Assembly (NCBI GenBank): GCA_949358305.1 | Contig: OX442314.1 | Coordinates: forward strand, 18,972,001 to 19,036,000 | DNA: 64,000 bases | Reading direction: 5' to 3' | Origin: Strigamia acuminata | Lineage: Eukaryota | Shown: positions 1 to 11,637 of the stretch, in pieces | How the letters are laid out: the number at the start of each line of letters is the position of its first letter | Numbering within the stretch: position 1 is the first letter of the stretch | Translations under genes and position numbers: made by a program | Notes under the pieces: model-generated | What the model was told of the DNA's origin: nothing | The model's input: the letters and a program-made list of their open reading frames with translations, nothing else | The model's database searches: none

Positions 1-954
1 ACCTCATCCGATGCAGCAATCGTCGTTTGAGGACGGAGAGCACGCACAAGTACGAGGGGGAGTTGCACGAGTACGAGGAGGGACGCAACCACCACCCACA
101 CCGCCATCGCCACATAATTTCGATTCACCATCACCAAATAACTTCGATTCGCCAAATTATTTCCCTTTGCAATTGGCAGACTCTGTTGGCTTACATTCAC
201 CAAGTTCCTTCGGGTTCTCATTGTTGCCAAATTCCTCGACTCACCATTGGCGATGCCATCACCATTGGCGACACGACACCATCTTCAGCAGGGTGTGGTC
301 GTGGGCACAGGGGTGTTTTCTCCCCATAAAACTTTTGAATTCTTTAATTTTTGTTTATGTTTGGTGTTATTTTGTATTTTTGGGTTTTTTGAGTATTTTT
401 TATGCAATTTATTTTTAATAAACAGTTAAACTAAAAAAATATATGAATTAATTAATTAATCTAAATGTTCATTTAGATTAATAAACGTGTTAATGGACTT
501 ATTTCCAGTACGTCAGTGGACGTCCCTAAACAATTACTGTGAATTCGCTGTATAGTGAGTTGCACTCGTTTGGGTTGCGATTGGTTGATTTGTGATATTC
601 CTTTTTTGCGCAAAATCGAGTTGCGTAATCTATTTACGCGCTAGATGACACTCCCCTTCCCTATTATTTATCTGTTGCCTAGTAATTTTAATTCAGAACG
701 GCATTACGTTTCCAAATATTTTACTGGAACAGCGTTTCGGAGAGTTTTGACTTCAGTAAAAAAAAAATAAATAAATCTAAAGACACCTTTAAAGTCTTTC
801 AAACAGACCAACAAGCCTAATACGACTTTTCTCTCCCTTTCCCGACCCGCCGTTTTATCCACTTTATTGTCCATTCTACCACAACTATAAGGAAATATGC
901 TCTCTCGTAATTACCTGCGTCAAACAATAAATGAGGAAAATGAACATAGCTTAC

Positions 955-3900
955 TTCAATCAAACGATAAGTTGTGTTCTTGAGGTCTTTAGAGACCGAC
1001 AAATCAAATAAATAGTCTATGGTGATGCCAGCTTCTCGAAATGAATACAATGTTGACACCCAATTGAAATTCTGTTCATTCCAGTTGTTTCCAAGAACAA
1101 CGGGCCATCCACCAACGCCGTTCATTAAATCCACCAAGGGCTTGGAACCCACTTCTTGAATTTGAGCTTAACAATGAAAATTCTATTTATCAGTATATCG
1201 ACTTTAGAATTTTTCTTGTCTTTAATAGAGTAGATTTAATCACGCAGCAGCTTTAGATCGGCTCTTTTGGCCCAAAGAATCTGACTGAGTGGCAATATTC
1301 ATGCAATTTGGTAGCCATAAAAGCCAATTGAAAGCTGCATGCGTAATTTCCTTATTTACATGTATTCATGCAAGCGCCGTATAAATCTTTTATTTTCCAG
1401 AAAGATTCTGGCTCCGTATCATCCTTAGGTTGTTCAATAAGAACTGATAAAAACAATTGTTTTATTATTTGGAATTGATAAATGACATTTTAATTACCCT
1501 TGAGTCTTTGTTTCAGATCTTCCTCCAGAACAACAAAAGAAGTGATTGACGTTTTATCGTCAGGGATGACTGTTCTATCCATAAAACCACCACACGCATA
1601 CTGGAAGAAGTCTTCGCATGGGTTCACCTTTTCGTCCATATTTCGAATGAGTGTTGCAGCTGATGAAACATGACAAGTTACAAGTATGCATTTAGATTTA
1701 TCAAACTTTTAAATGTTTTAAATAAGAAAAAAATGTGGATTAAAACTCCATGAAATTCAACTTACAAGTTAGATGAATTCAAATTATCAATAAGTGCGTT
1801 CAATTTAAAAAAGAAAAGTAAAATTTTTCTTTTTCTTTCTTTTCCACAAGGAAGAAAATGTTCCTTTGAATGTAACCATTTAATCGTTGTACAAGACAAC
1901 CAGGTAAATAAATAAATAACTTTCTGTTAATTCACGTGTCAAAACGCATCCTATTTTTATTACTGCCCCGTCAAATCTTAATGTGATGACTAATGCATGA
2001 CACATGCGCAGATTGTATCACTATCTCAAAAATAAAATGCAAAAGGAAGAAAAGTGACGTTATTGGTCGCTTTTGCTGTAGTACCCTTTAGCACTTTCCT
2101 TTTGCAGGCGATGACGTTTTTTAAGTCACATCCACTGATCAAAAGGAACAAAAGGAAAGAAAGTATCAAGAGGTACTTTTAGTTCACTAGATTAAACGCA
2201 CTTATTATTGCCACAAACTTTACCTAGCAATGTAGTATCGAATTCACTTAATTCTAATTCAATACAAAGTACTTGTGAACTCTTATTTTTATTTTACATC
2301 TATTTCTTTTTGATGAGATGTGGACATTTGTGTGGTTTGGTTGCCCCTAGAGCTTAGCTGCAATACTCACCAACACATACATTTTGATAGAAATTTTGGT
2401 GAATTGGTGATTGTACTTATTTTATGTAATGAAAATAATGTCTAATGATACCGGTAGTCAACGTTTTGAGCTTCCTGTCAAAAATTTCGATCATCGACCA
2501 ATTTCCATTCAAACATTTCAATTTTCAATACGAAAAAAAATGCTAACTCTTTGACAGGAAACATGAATATCTCTAGATACTAAGCCGCACCTGGGCGGTT
2601 TAGTCAGTCGCATTTCCCTTTATCAGTGCATGTATTGTTGGATTCTTGGTGCTCAATGCACCTGACTGACAATCGGAGGACCTGCGCTTCGTTTCCCAGT
2701 CCTATGGGAAGTAATTTCATTTTTACAATACAACTCAAACCCTACAAATACCACGTAACAATCAATATTTACATATGTCCATTTCCTGGTGATAAAAAGA
2801 GGAAAAAAGAATGGAGAAATGCTTACGTAAAAATATATTCGTTTTTACTAAAGGATGCAAAGCATTTCCATTCAACTTTACTCTTTAATTATTTCCTTGA
2901 CAAAGAATTCTTAAATAGCAAATGTAATTTACCAAGTACCAACAGACATTTGCATTAATTTTTTTGTTTACATAACATGCATATCCCGTTATAACTTAAA
3001 AAAAAAAACGTTCTATGCACATACGTTTATCTGATTGAGGAAACATTAAGAATCGTGTGCAATTTAATTTGCACAATAAGAATATTTAAGAAATTTATAA
3101 ATGATAAATTACAACATTACTAAAATTAAAAAGCAAATGTTGCAAAATGCAAACTCGATTTAAAAGAATAATAGTATTTTTGATTAATTTGTCTAACCTG
3201 CAACAACACATCCTTTTGTAAGACAGAAAGTATCATCATCAGAACGACTAGTCACGAATCCTTGCGCTTGTCCATTATCTCCATCTGACAGGAAACAAAA
3301 CATAAAAACATAAATAGATACAGTAGAGAGACTAAACAACATGTTGCTGCTCTCTCTGTGTGCGTCTTTCTAATGGTACAGGAAAAGGAAAGCTGTGTCT
3401 TTATCTACGACACTGCAACTATAACGTGCGTGACGTCACAGATATCAACTATTGTTCTATTTTATTGGTGAACTCTATTGGATTGGAAAAGGCAAATAAA
3501 ACATGTTTCATCAATTGTTTTTCTCCTCTTCCTAGAGGTCACCGACACGTGGGAGGGTATTGTAAACTGTAGGTTATTTGTGAACAGCTGCTCAGATTTG
3601 TATCAACTCATTAAAATATTTAATTTCTTTTGTACTTCTGTATCCGCCAATGCGAATTTTATTAACATAATATCATACTGCCATACACGGGTTATTTATT
3701 ATATAATATTAAATAAATCTAGCGAAGTACATACAAAATACTTGTCAACAAGGTACGTAGTAGGTTTTTTTTTCTTCAAAATTTACGGTTCTGTTGGAAT
3801 TTATTATTCTAGTTTGAATTTATTTACATTTTGTTGTTTTTTTTTGGGTTTTTTTTTGTTTTTTGGTTCGGCTTTAACGTGTTTTTAGATCAGTTTGTTT

Positions 3901-6391
3901 ACTACAGTTTATTAGTGCAGCAGCTGTAATAATTCATTGCAACTTAACTTACCTCTTTCATACCATGTGCTCGCAATGACTGCAAGAGCAGTAGATAAAC
4001 CCAAACATCCGAGAACGACAGCTGTTGTAACTATAAATAATGTTTTTTCCAGTTTGGTTCTCCCATACCACCATGCTGGAGACCTAAATAACAATAACAA
4101 AAATTGGCTAAAACACTTGTTCTATTTTAATTAAGATTTGGAATTGTTCAGGTGTATTGCAAATTGGATGTGTAGACAATATTGGATTGTCTCTTTTTGT
4201 GATTTTTTTCCTCTAATGCGCTCGTATAGGGGTAATTGAGGGATCTGGGACTGCTTTCTTATGTGTGAAGGTTTGAATGCTGTTGGCTTTTTTATACAAG
4301 TGGAAAACATTTATTTTAATGAAATAAAAATAAATACAATAATAATTCGTATTACTCAGATTGTAATGGGTTATCCCTATCATTTTTCATGATGAAATGA
4401 TTAAAAATAAACTTTGTTTTATTTATTTTCTAGAAAGAAGTAAAAGTAGATGACAAATCCATGAAACATTTATGAAATTTAAAATTTATTTAATTTAAAC
4501 ACTACTGAAACAGTTACATTTGCAAAAGTTGGAGAAACTTGTTTTGACTTGCAATAAATTATATCTATTTCGAATAAATTATCTTGGATTGCCAACCTGT
4601 CATTACGCCTTATTTCAGAAATGTGCAAGCACTTATCTAAATTTCGGCATTAAACAAGTACCGTAGATGTTTTCAAATATATTTCCACAGAAAAAGAGAA
4701 AATGTTTGTTTCGTGGCTCTCGTGCAACAACTTAATGACACATGTTGAATGTTATGATAGAAAGTGTGAAACCACTTACGGTAATTGAAAACAATGTACT
4801 ATTGTAACGTTTCAATAGATTGCACTTAAATATGATGGTGTATTTCATTGAGGTTGCTGTTTAGCTGGGAGTGATATGTGCTCAGCATTGAAAATTTGCG
4901 CTGCCAGCCAAGGCCATCAAACTGAAGTTTGAACTAAAAGTTTAAGGTGAAGGACATGCTCGCATGAGTTCAATAGAACAAAACTGTCACTCACTTCGCA
5001 AATGAATGGTTAGAGCAACAATGGAAGGTGGTTTTTAGATGAAAATAAACCTAACCTGTGCAATAACTTACCATTCGACAAATTTATCATCATATTTCAA
5101 CGCTTCAGAAGCACACAAGAATTTCACGTCACTCATAATGGCATTCAACTTTTACAAACATGTGGCAAACAAATGTCTCAGTCTTGGAAAATGAACTCTT
5201 ACAACTCACTCCAAGGCTAAGCTTGCTATTTATGTGCATCCAAAGTTCACCCAAGAGTTCCATAAAACTTAAGATAAAGTTAGTATTGATATAAATGTAA
5301 GGCTCTTGGGTCAGGTAAATATGGTTAAGCACGAGAATTATGACGGTGACCAAAACCGATTACTGTTATCGCAATTTCAAGTGTTTCTTTTATTTAAAAA
5401 AATAATAATAATTTTCAATTGAAAAATCATGATCAGATTGGGTGAAAAATGTGTCATGGTTTTAGCTTTCCTTATGTAATGAAATTTATCTAATTAGTCC
5501 ATCATCAAAAGAATGTTGATAGTCTTATATTTTTACTCCAGAAAGCAAATAGAACAAACATGTCCTTGACTCAATGAGCAAATAAGCAAAGATTTAAAAA
5601 TATTATGTAAAAACAATCTTAAATTGTTATTTTTTATGAGTGCTTTTATTAAATTACAGTTTATCTAATGAAACTACAGAAGAAAAATAAAAGAGAAAAA
5701 ATGGCACTGCAGTGAAAATGAGGTAAGTGTTTTCGGGTTATGTGGTATTTAGGTTTCGTCTATTTGTTTATTACGGTAATTTTCAAAAAATAATTAAGTG
5801 AAAGGTTTTCTTGAATCTTGGGAATTCACTGCTTCGTGCTCTTTTATTACAATTGTAGTACACGTATTGGCAAATTGCATAATTTTATCTTCACCATTTG
5901 ATCTTCTGCATGGTTAGTCGCACACAGATCCTAAGTTAAAGTGCAATTAAAGCACTCATGCAAATCTAATGAATTTTACAGCTCTGATCGTGCCAATGTT
6001 GAAATGATCGGCTGAGATAACAAATCAAGCGTGTCTAAACTATTTACGCAGCTTGAGCAATGATTAATACGGTATTATTTTTTTTAAAAAAATCGAAATT
6101 AAAGATTGGATTTAATAAAATTAATCGAGTAATTTAAACGAAGGTATGTGTTACTTTCATAACGACTGCAGAGGTTTAAAGTGCATTCCGAATGTTGTTA
6201 TCTTCAATTTCTTATTATTTCAAACCAGTTTTAAGCATACTATCAGATGAAATGCATACATTTAATTAAGATGTGTAAACCGTGAGTAAATTAAACAAGA
6301 TAGGAAAAATTGCTTACCTTGTTCCTTCAATTTGTGTCGTGCTTGTATGTAAGGGTAACTGACTACCTGTTCTCACTTGATGCACAGTCAT
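955..6391 (-). CDS. Neprilysin/endothelin-converting-enzyme family (peptidase M13) type II membrane metallopeptidase, 5' part; continues beyond the left edge of the window
   Basis: Spliced exons ~6391-6318, 4083-3953 (SPAWWYGRTKLEKTLF + TM helix), 3284-3198 (FCLTKGCVVA), ~1659-1498 (AATLIRNMDEKVNPCEDFFQYACGGF), ~1444-1358 (KDLYGACMN), ~1166-955 (PLVDLMNGVGGWPVVLGNNW...VSKDLKNTT). CLT.GC, M...V.PC.DF..YACGG and GGWP are M13 N-domain hallmarks; GT-AG boundaries keep the frame. Confidence 0.93.
4356..4390 (-). CDS. Candidate alternative first coding exon of the M13 peptidase (MKNDRDNPLQSE)
   Basis: ATG, 35 nt, ends GA|GTAATA; phase 2 matches the acceptor at 4083. Donor weaker than the other two. 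Confidence 0.4.
5072..5136 (-). CDS. Candidate alternative first coding exon of the M13 peptidase (MSDVKFLCASEALKYDDKFVEW)
   Basis: ATG preceded by an in-frame stop, 65 nt, ends TG|GTAAGT; phase 2 matches the shared acceptor at 4083. Confidence 0.55.
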
Positions 6392-8259
6392 TCTGGCACC
6401 AATGCTTGAGCTCACTTTGAGCTTCACTGCTTGCACCGCACAATTTTCCCTTCGCTAAAGCGCTGTCGTCACCACAATTGAAGCAAAAAAAAATTGAAAG
6501 AAAAGAAAAGAAAAACTTGGCCTAATCAAACTTCAATTTCAGTTGAGTGCTTTAGGGTCTAGGTAGATGAACCATCCAGTGGGAAAATTTCAACTCCTAA
6601 TTTTTTAAATGACCTGCAATGAGAGCATATATGTATGCGTATTGGGTATGGACACAGCTCCAATTGAATGAATAGTGTTATGTTATTCTTTGTTGAGATT
6701 GAGAATGGGTAAGAGTTGTGTTACATATTTAAGATATCTTTAATTCAATTTATCGGAGTTATTGGATATAAAAATTGAAATTGAAGTTATTTAAAGTGAT
6801 GTTGGCAGATGTGTAGAAATAGAAATGTAAAATATTACATTTGGTTTCTACGAAAAACTCGTCATAATTCATCCCATTTAAACAGGTTTCTGTAACTTTC
6901 CTTTTGTATTTACTGTGGCGAATTTTATTTTTGTTTCAAATTATTCAACTTTTTTTTTTTTTACAAGATCAGTTTTAAGTTGTTTTGAAAGTTGGTTGTA
7001 CAATTTATATAATTTTGTTTTTTAATATTACCTTTCCTGGTAAAACAATGACTTCTCATATTAAGGATCATACGATACGATTTATGCAATATTCATGTTG
7101 CTGGTATTTTCTTTCATCATTTTCTGGAGAACTGTTAGTAAACACTAAACACATTTCAAAATATTATGCTAATTGAATTCAATAATCATTTAAAAGCTTT
7201 ATTGTGTAATAAAATTACATGCACCTGCGTAATTCGATTAACCTTGAATTTATAAAATTATGTGTGGTTTTATTGTTTATTTTCCAATCACAAACAATTG
7301 CAGAAAGCTTTGGCGGCAAAAAAATATTTCTTTGAAATATTTTTTTTAGCAGTAAATTTATCGAGCGCATCAACTTTAACCCATTTACATGGAACCCAGT
7401 ACAAATGACAAATTCAATCTAGACCTTGGCCTTAGGTTAAAAACCTGCTTTCATTTAACAACAATAAATTGCAAGGGTCATTTTGTGACATGTGTAATTT
7501 CTGCTTTAAAATATGACCTTGGGATGCTGGTCGTCCGAGGTGGTCGTCTTTTCCATTGTATACAGATTACAGATTAGGTCACTTCCGGGAACGTAGAACT
7601 GTATAAACAATATTTAAAGTCCTGAATTTAAAAACAAGAATTTTTTTTTTATAAAAACTGTTTACTCGGAAAATCGTGCAGCCAATACATAATTTGATGT
7701 TCAGATTGTGACATCAATCTTGTTATTGATTGGTTGGGTTATTTGGTGAGGTCAGGTCGATGTGGATTGTAATTTCCGTCGTGCTACACCGAGTTTGCAG
7801 CTATTTTCAATGCAAATTGAATCAATAAAAGTGATTGAGTACTTTATTCTGTTGTTAAATGGTTTGCGAAAGGCTTAAATTGAATCGAAATTAGGTTTAA
7901 ACAATGCAGTTTTTATTACAATGGTGACACACAAGTGATTATATTGAAACAAGGCTGTTTATTTTGTTAAGAGGCTATTCTTGTACAACTTTTTCTCGTA
8001 TTTGTTTTGGATCGTAAAATAATACGATCATGGTTTCAAAATTTAGTTGGTTCACTTTTAATTTCTCACATATGTAGCCGTTCGTTAAACACTAGAATGG
8101 GTTGAGGTTTGTGCAGGAGTTAAAATTTACTAAGAAATAAATTGCTATAAAAAAAATGTCAGCTGGGTAAATGAAATTATTAGATTTCGTTGATTAGAGT
8201 TCGTTTCGGTTGAAATGTGCATTTCTATTAATTTCAGAAATCGATTGTGCAGCGTGGAG

Positions 8260-11145
8260 ATGCCTGCAGTTAGGTCAGTAGAATGTATCAACGACTGTAG
8301 CCTCGATGAAGATCCAAAACCCCAACTTCCAGTCACCAGATCGGAAATCCTGGATTCTATAACGATAGTTCGGACTTGTGAAGATTCTAAAAAAATAGTT
8401 AATCATCTTTTGCAATGTCATCAAACTGTTGCGATCGATGTCAAAGGACGAGATTTAGGTTTGTAGCACAACTGCGAAATCTGTGGAATAACTCGACTTC
8501 CTGTCCTTTTTCATTTCAGGAAAAAGAAATGGAAAAATTTCGTTGATTGCAGTTGCCACTTGTAACGGTCGATGTTTGTTGTTTGATATTCACAGTAATA
8601 ACCAATTGGTAGCTAAAGGACGACTCAAATCGATGCTGCAATGCAAAGAACTCATTAAGGTAAATCGTCAGCAATATTTTCTCACTACACGGTTTTATCT
8701 AATGGAATGTGCAATTTAGGTTATGCATGACTGCTGTTTGATACGGTCAGCTTTGGAGCAATGCTATGGCGTCAAAGTACGCAGTATCTTTGATACTCAG
8801 GTGAAAACAAAGCTGTGCTTAAGACCACATGGTAAACGTGTAAATGTAGAACTGAAAATCGAACGGAAACGTTGATGTCACGCAGGGCCCTCTTAACACA
8901 TCTAAGCTCCCTGGGCTGTAAATATGAGGTGCCCCTTGCCCTTTTTAATTCTCTGTCAGAGGACGGTGATTTCCCGGCGCCTGGCGCCCTTCGGCAATCT
9001 GCACCCCTATGCTGTAGCCTGTTTAGCCCAAAGGTTAAGGTAGCCCTGATGGCACGTGATCCTTAGTGCCAGTTCCTCCACTCAACCCGAGATAGCAGTG
9101 CTTTTTGTGACACATTTCGTGTGACATCTCGTTCGGAATCGCTACCGTGTGGCTAAAGGAGTTTAACTTGAAAAGAGTAATATTAATATTTGCATATTTT
9201 TGAAAAAGAAATACTGTTTTTTAATAGGTTGCGCATGCCGTCATTGAAGGACATCGGAGTGGGAAAAATCCAAGATGTATCCCGTACGAAACACCGTTGT
9301 TTATTAGCTACACGTACGGCAGGTGCGTTTTAACGCCCGCAGACCATGCTCTAGAAAAATTATACCTGGAAAACTGTAATTTTTGGGATGTTCGGCCTTT
9401 ACCGTGCAAACAGAAAGAATACGCGGCGAGAGGTGTATTGGCTCTCATACCTGAAGCCTATAACAATATGAATCGGCGACTACAGGGCCCGCTGAGAAAA
9501 ACATTTAGGACGATGTGCCAAGGAAAGTGTATTGAACTGGCGGCAGATCGTGATCGTGATTCACTATCAGTGCAAGGTCGAAGACCTAGTTTGATGGTAT
9601 TCATTTGAATGATTGATGTCGTTTCATTTTTTTTTACTTCATCCAAAAATTGAAAAGTTTATTATATCTTTAGGGCGAGTCTAGTCAAAAATGTAAAAAA
9701 CGGGCATTGAGTGTAGATCGCCAGTGCAGAAGCTGTTCAACATCCAGTACTTCTATGTTAAGCGAGAGAAACAGTTCTTCGTGCTTTCGATGTACATCTG
9801 CGGGTTCCACTTCACCCCCGCGTAAAAAAGTGAAAAAAATCGCCAAGTTTAGTGTATCGCCGAGGAGGAGTATATCTGCTAGTTTGTGCGGCGCAAAAAG
9901 AAAACGGCTCGTGGTGCGCAAAACGACCAAAACGGCTTGTAATTGCGTTACATGCATTAGTAAACCTGGTGGACGTTGCGGTTCGAAAAAAGGCGCTCCT
10001 GCTAAAGTAACCGAAAATTGCAAATGTGTTAAAACGACAAAAACTGTATGGCCAGGAGCTACGCCGAAGTATAAGAAGTGCGGGCCTAAAGTTACTTGCA
10101 AGCGAAAAAAGCCTATGCCTGTTTGCAAGAAAAGACGCAGTTCTTGCGCAAGCCTAGTCTGTGTTTCGAGTCCAAGGCCAAAAAAGCCTATGACTGTTTG
10201 CAAGAAAAGACGCAGTTCTTGCGCAAGTCGAGGCTATGCTTCAAGTCCAAGGCAAAAAAAGCCTATGCCTGTTTGCAAGAAAAGACGCAGTTCTTGCGCA
10301 AGTCTAGCCTGTGCTTCGAGTCCAAGGCCAAAAAAGCCTAAAACTGCTTGCAAGAAAAGACGCAGTTCTTGCGCAAGTCCAAGGCAAAAAAAGCCTATGC
10401 CTGTTTGCAAGAAAAGACGCAGTTCTTGCGCAAGCCGGAAAAGACGCAGTTCTTGCGCAAGCCTAGCCTGTGCTCCAAGTCCAAGGCAAAAAACGCCTAA
10501 GCCTGTTTGCAAAAAAAGACGCAGTTCTTGCGCAAGCTTAGCCTCTGCTTCATTTCCAAAGCGAAAAAGGCCTTCGACTGTTTGCAAGAAAAGACGTAGT
10601 TCTTGCGCAAGCTTAGCCTGTGCTTCAAGTCCAAGGCGAAAAAAGCCTAAGGCTTTTTGCAAGAAAAGACGCAGTTCTTGCGCAAGCTTATTAGCCTGTG
10701 CTCCAATTCCAAGGCGAAAATCACGGGTTCGATCTTGTGCTAAGAAGAAGACATGTCCAAAAAGGTTTTCCCCGCAGAAAATATTGTCAGCAAAGAAGAA
10801 ATGTGTCAAATCAATGAAACCGAAGAAAAAGAAGAAATGTCCACCTCTAAGAAGAAGCAACCCATACAGGTCAAGTTCAACCTGCCTGTGCAAAACTGTT
10901 GGAAAGAGAGGCAGACCTCCTGTGAGGTCTGCTAGTTTGGTTCGAAGAGGGTGGAAAGAAGTGATGGATATGGAAGTGATGGATAACAGTGATGATGAAA
11001 CTATGGAAACTGACGACGACGATGATGAAACTGATTTTGAAAACGAAATGATGCCTCCTGGTGAGGGGAATTTTATGTATCACTCTTTTTTCTGATTTTT
11101 TACTTTTTCTTTTTTCTTCGTGTAGCAGCCAAGAGAAAACGATAA
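8260..11145 (+). CDS. EXD1/Egalitarian-like degenerate DEDDy 3'-5' exonuclease domain fused to a K/R/C/S-rich protamine-like repeat region, acidic patch and C-terminal NLS-like motif (~731 aa)
   Basis: Exons 8260-8458, 8520-8659, 8720-8800, 9228-9596, 9674-11060, 11126-11145 (2196 nt, all GT-AG, frame preserved). Motifs VAIDVKG..LG..G.ISLIAVAT...LFDI, KVMHDC, IFDTQVAH and FWDVRPL....EYAARGV follow the EXD1/Egl exonuclease layout. Exon 5 is in frame with the 462-aa basic ORF 9707-11095. AATAAA at ~11201. Confidence 0.8.
8883..9048. mobile_element. hAT-type MITE (166 bp) in intron 3 of the EXD-like gene
   Basis: TIRs CAGGGCCCTCTTAAC / GTTAAGGTAGCCCTG (12/15 match as inverted repeats); 8-bp TSD ATGTCACG (8875-8882) / ATGGCACG (9049-9056), 7/8 identical; GC-rich relative to the intron. 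Confidence 0.75.
10105..10715 (+). repeat. Coding tandem repeat, basic unit 75 nt / 25 aa (CKKRRSSCASLACASSPRxKKPxxV), nine KRRSSCAS cores, two units internally truncated
   Basis: GTTTGCAAGAAAAGACGCAGTTCTTGCGCAAG recurs at 10121, 10196, 10271 etc.; all indels are in frame. Confidence 0.95.
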
Positions 11146-11637
11146 AGTCAAAAGTTTAAAACGAATACAAAAATTACAGAATGACATTTTTGAAAGAATT
11201 AATAAATACAAATATATTTTCAGTATTTTTAATTTTTAATTTTTAAATGTAATTTTTTGGGCTGCACCGTCGCGTTCAACAGCTTTGTGCTGCCACCTAT
11301 TGACGACGGATGGTAAGATCGATGTAAACAAAACTGTGCTGAGCAGTGACGTTTGAACGATGATGGAGGGTGGGCAAAATCTAACGTCAGTGGCTGGCGC
11401 GGGCAGATGGAATGATACGACCGCACTCACAAATGGCGAATTATAATAAATTAATCTGACTTGCGGTGACGCAGGCAATGCAAAGTTCAGACATGTTGTG
11501 TGTGGAAGTTTCTGCCATTTATTTTTAACTGTTCGTACAAATCATACCCGTTTGAAGATCTGAAATATTGATCAAAAAATGAAATTTTTTTTTTTTAAAA
11601 AAAAGTAAGATCATCATCATTTTCATATCGTTTAATG

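Noticed and set aside
2472..2560. Short inverted repeat TTCCTGTCAAA / TTTGACAGGAA
   Set aside because: Only 11 bp with no clear TSD; insufficient to call a MITE.
2827..2847. Possible 21-nt microexon in the neprilysin gene (AG...|GTAAGC)
   Set aside because: It would split the conserved CVVAAATL helix, and the acceptor lacks a good pyrimidine tract.
10121..10690. CRISPR-like look of a recurring ~32-nt unit containing the palindrome CTTGCGCAAG
   Set aside because: The intervening sequences are homologous to each other, the array is an in-frame coding repeat in a spliced eukaryotic gene, and there are no cas genes.
9685..10893. Minus-strand ORFs of 172 and 219 aa with LAQELRLFLQ repeats
   Set aside because: Antisense shadows of the plus-strand coding repeat; the plus frame is the one tied by splice sites to the exonuclease exons.
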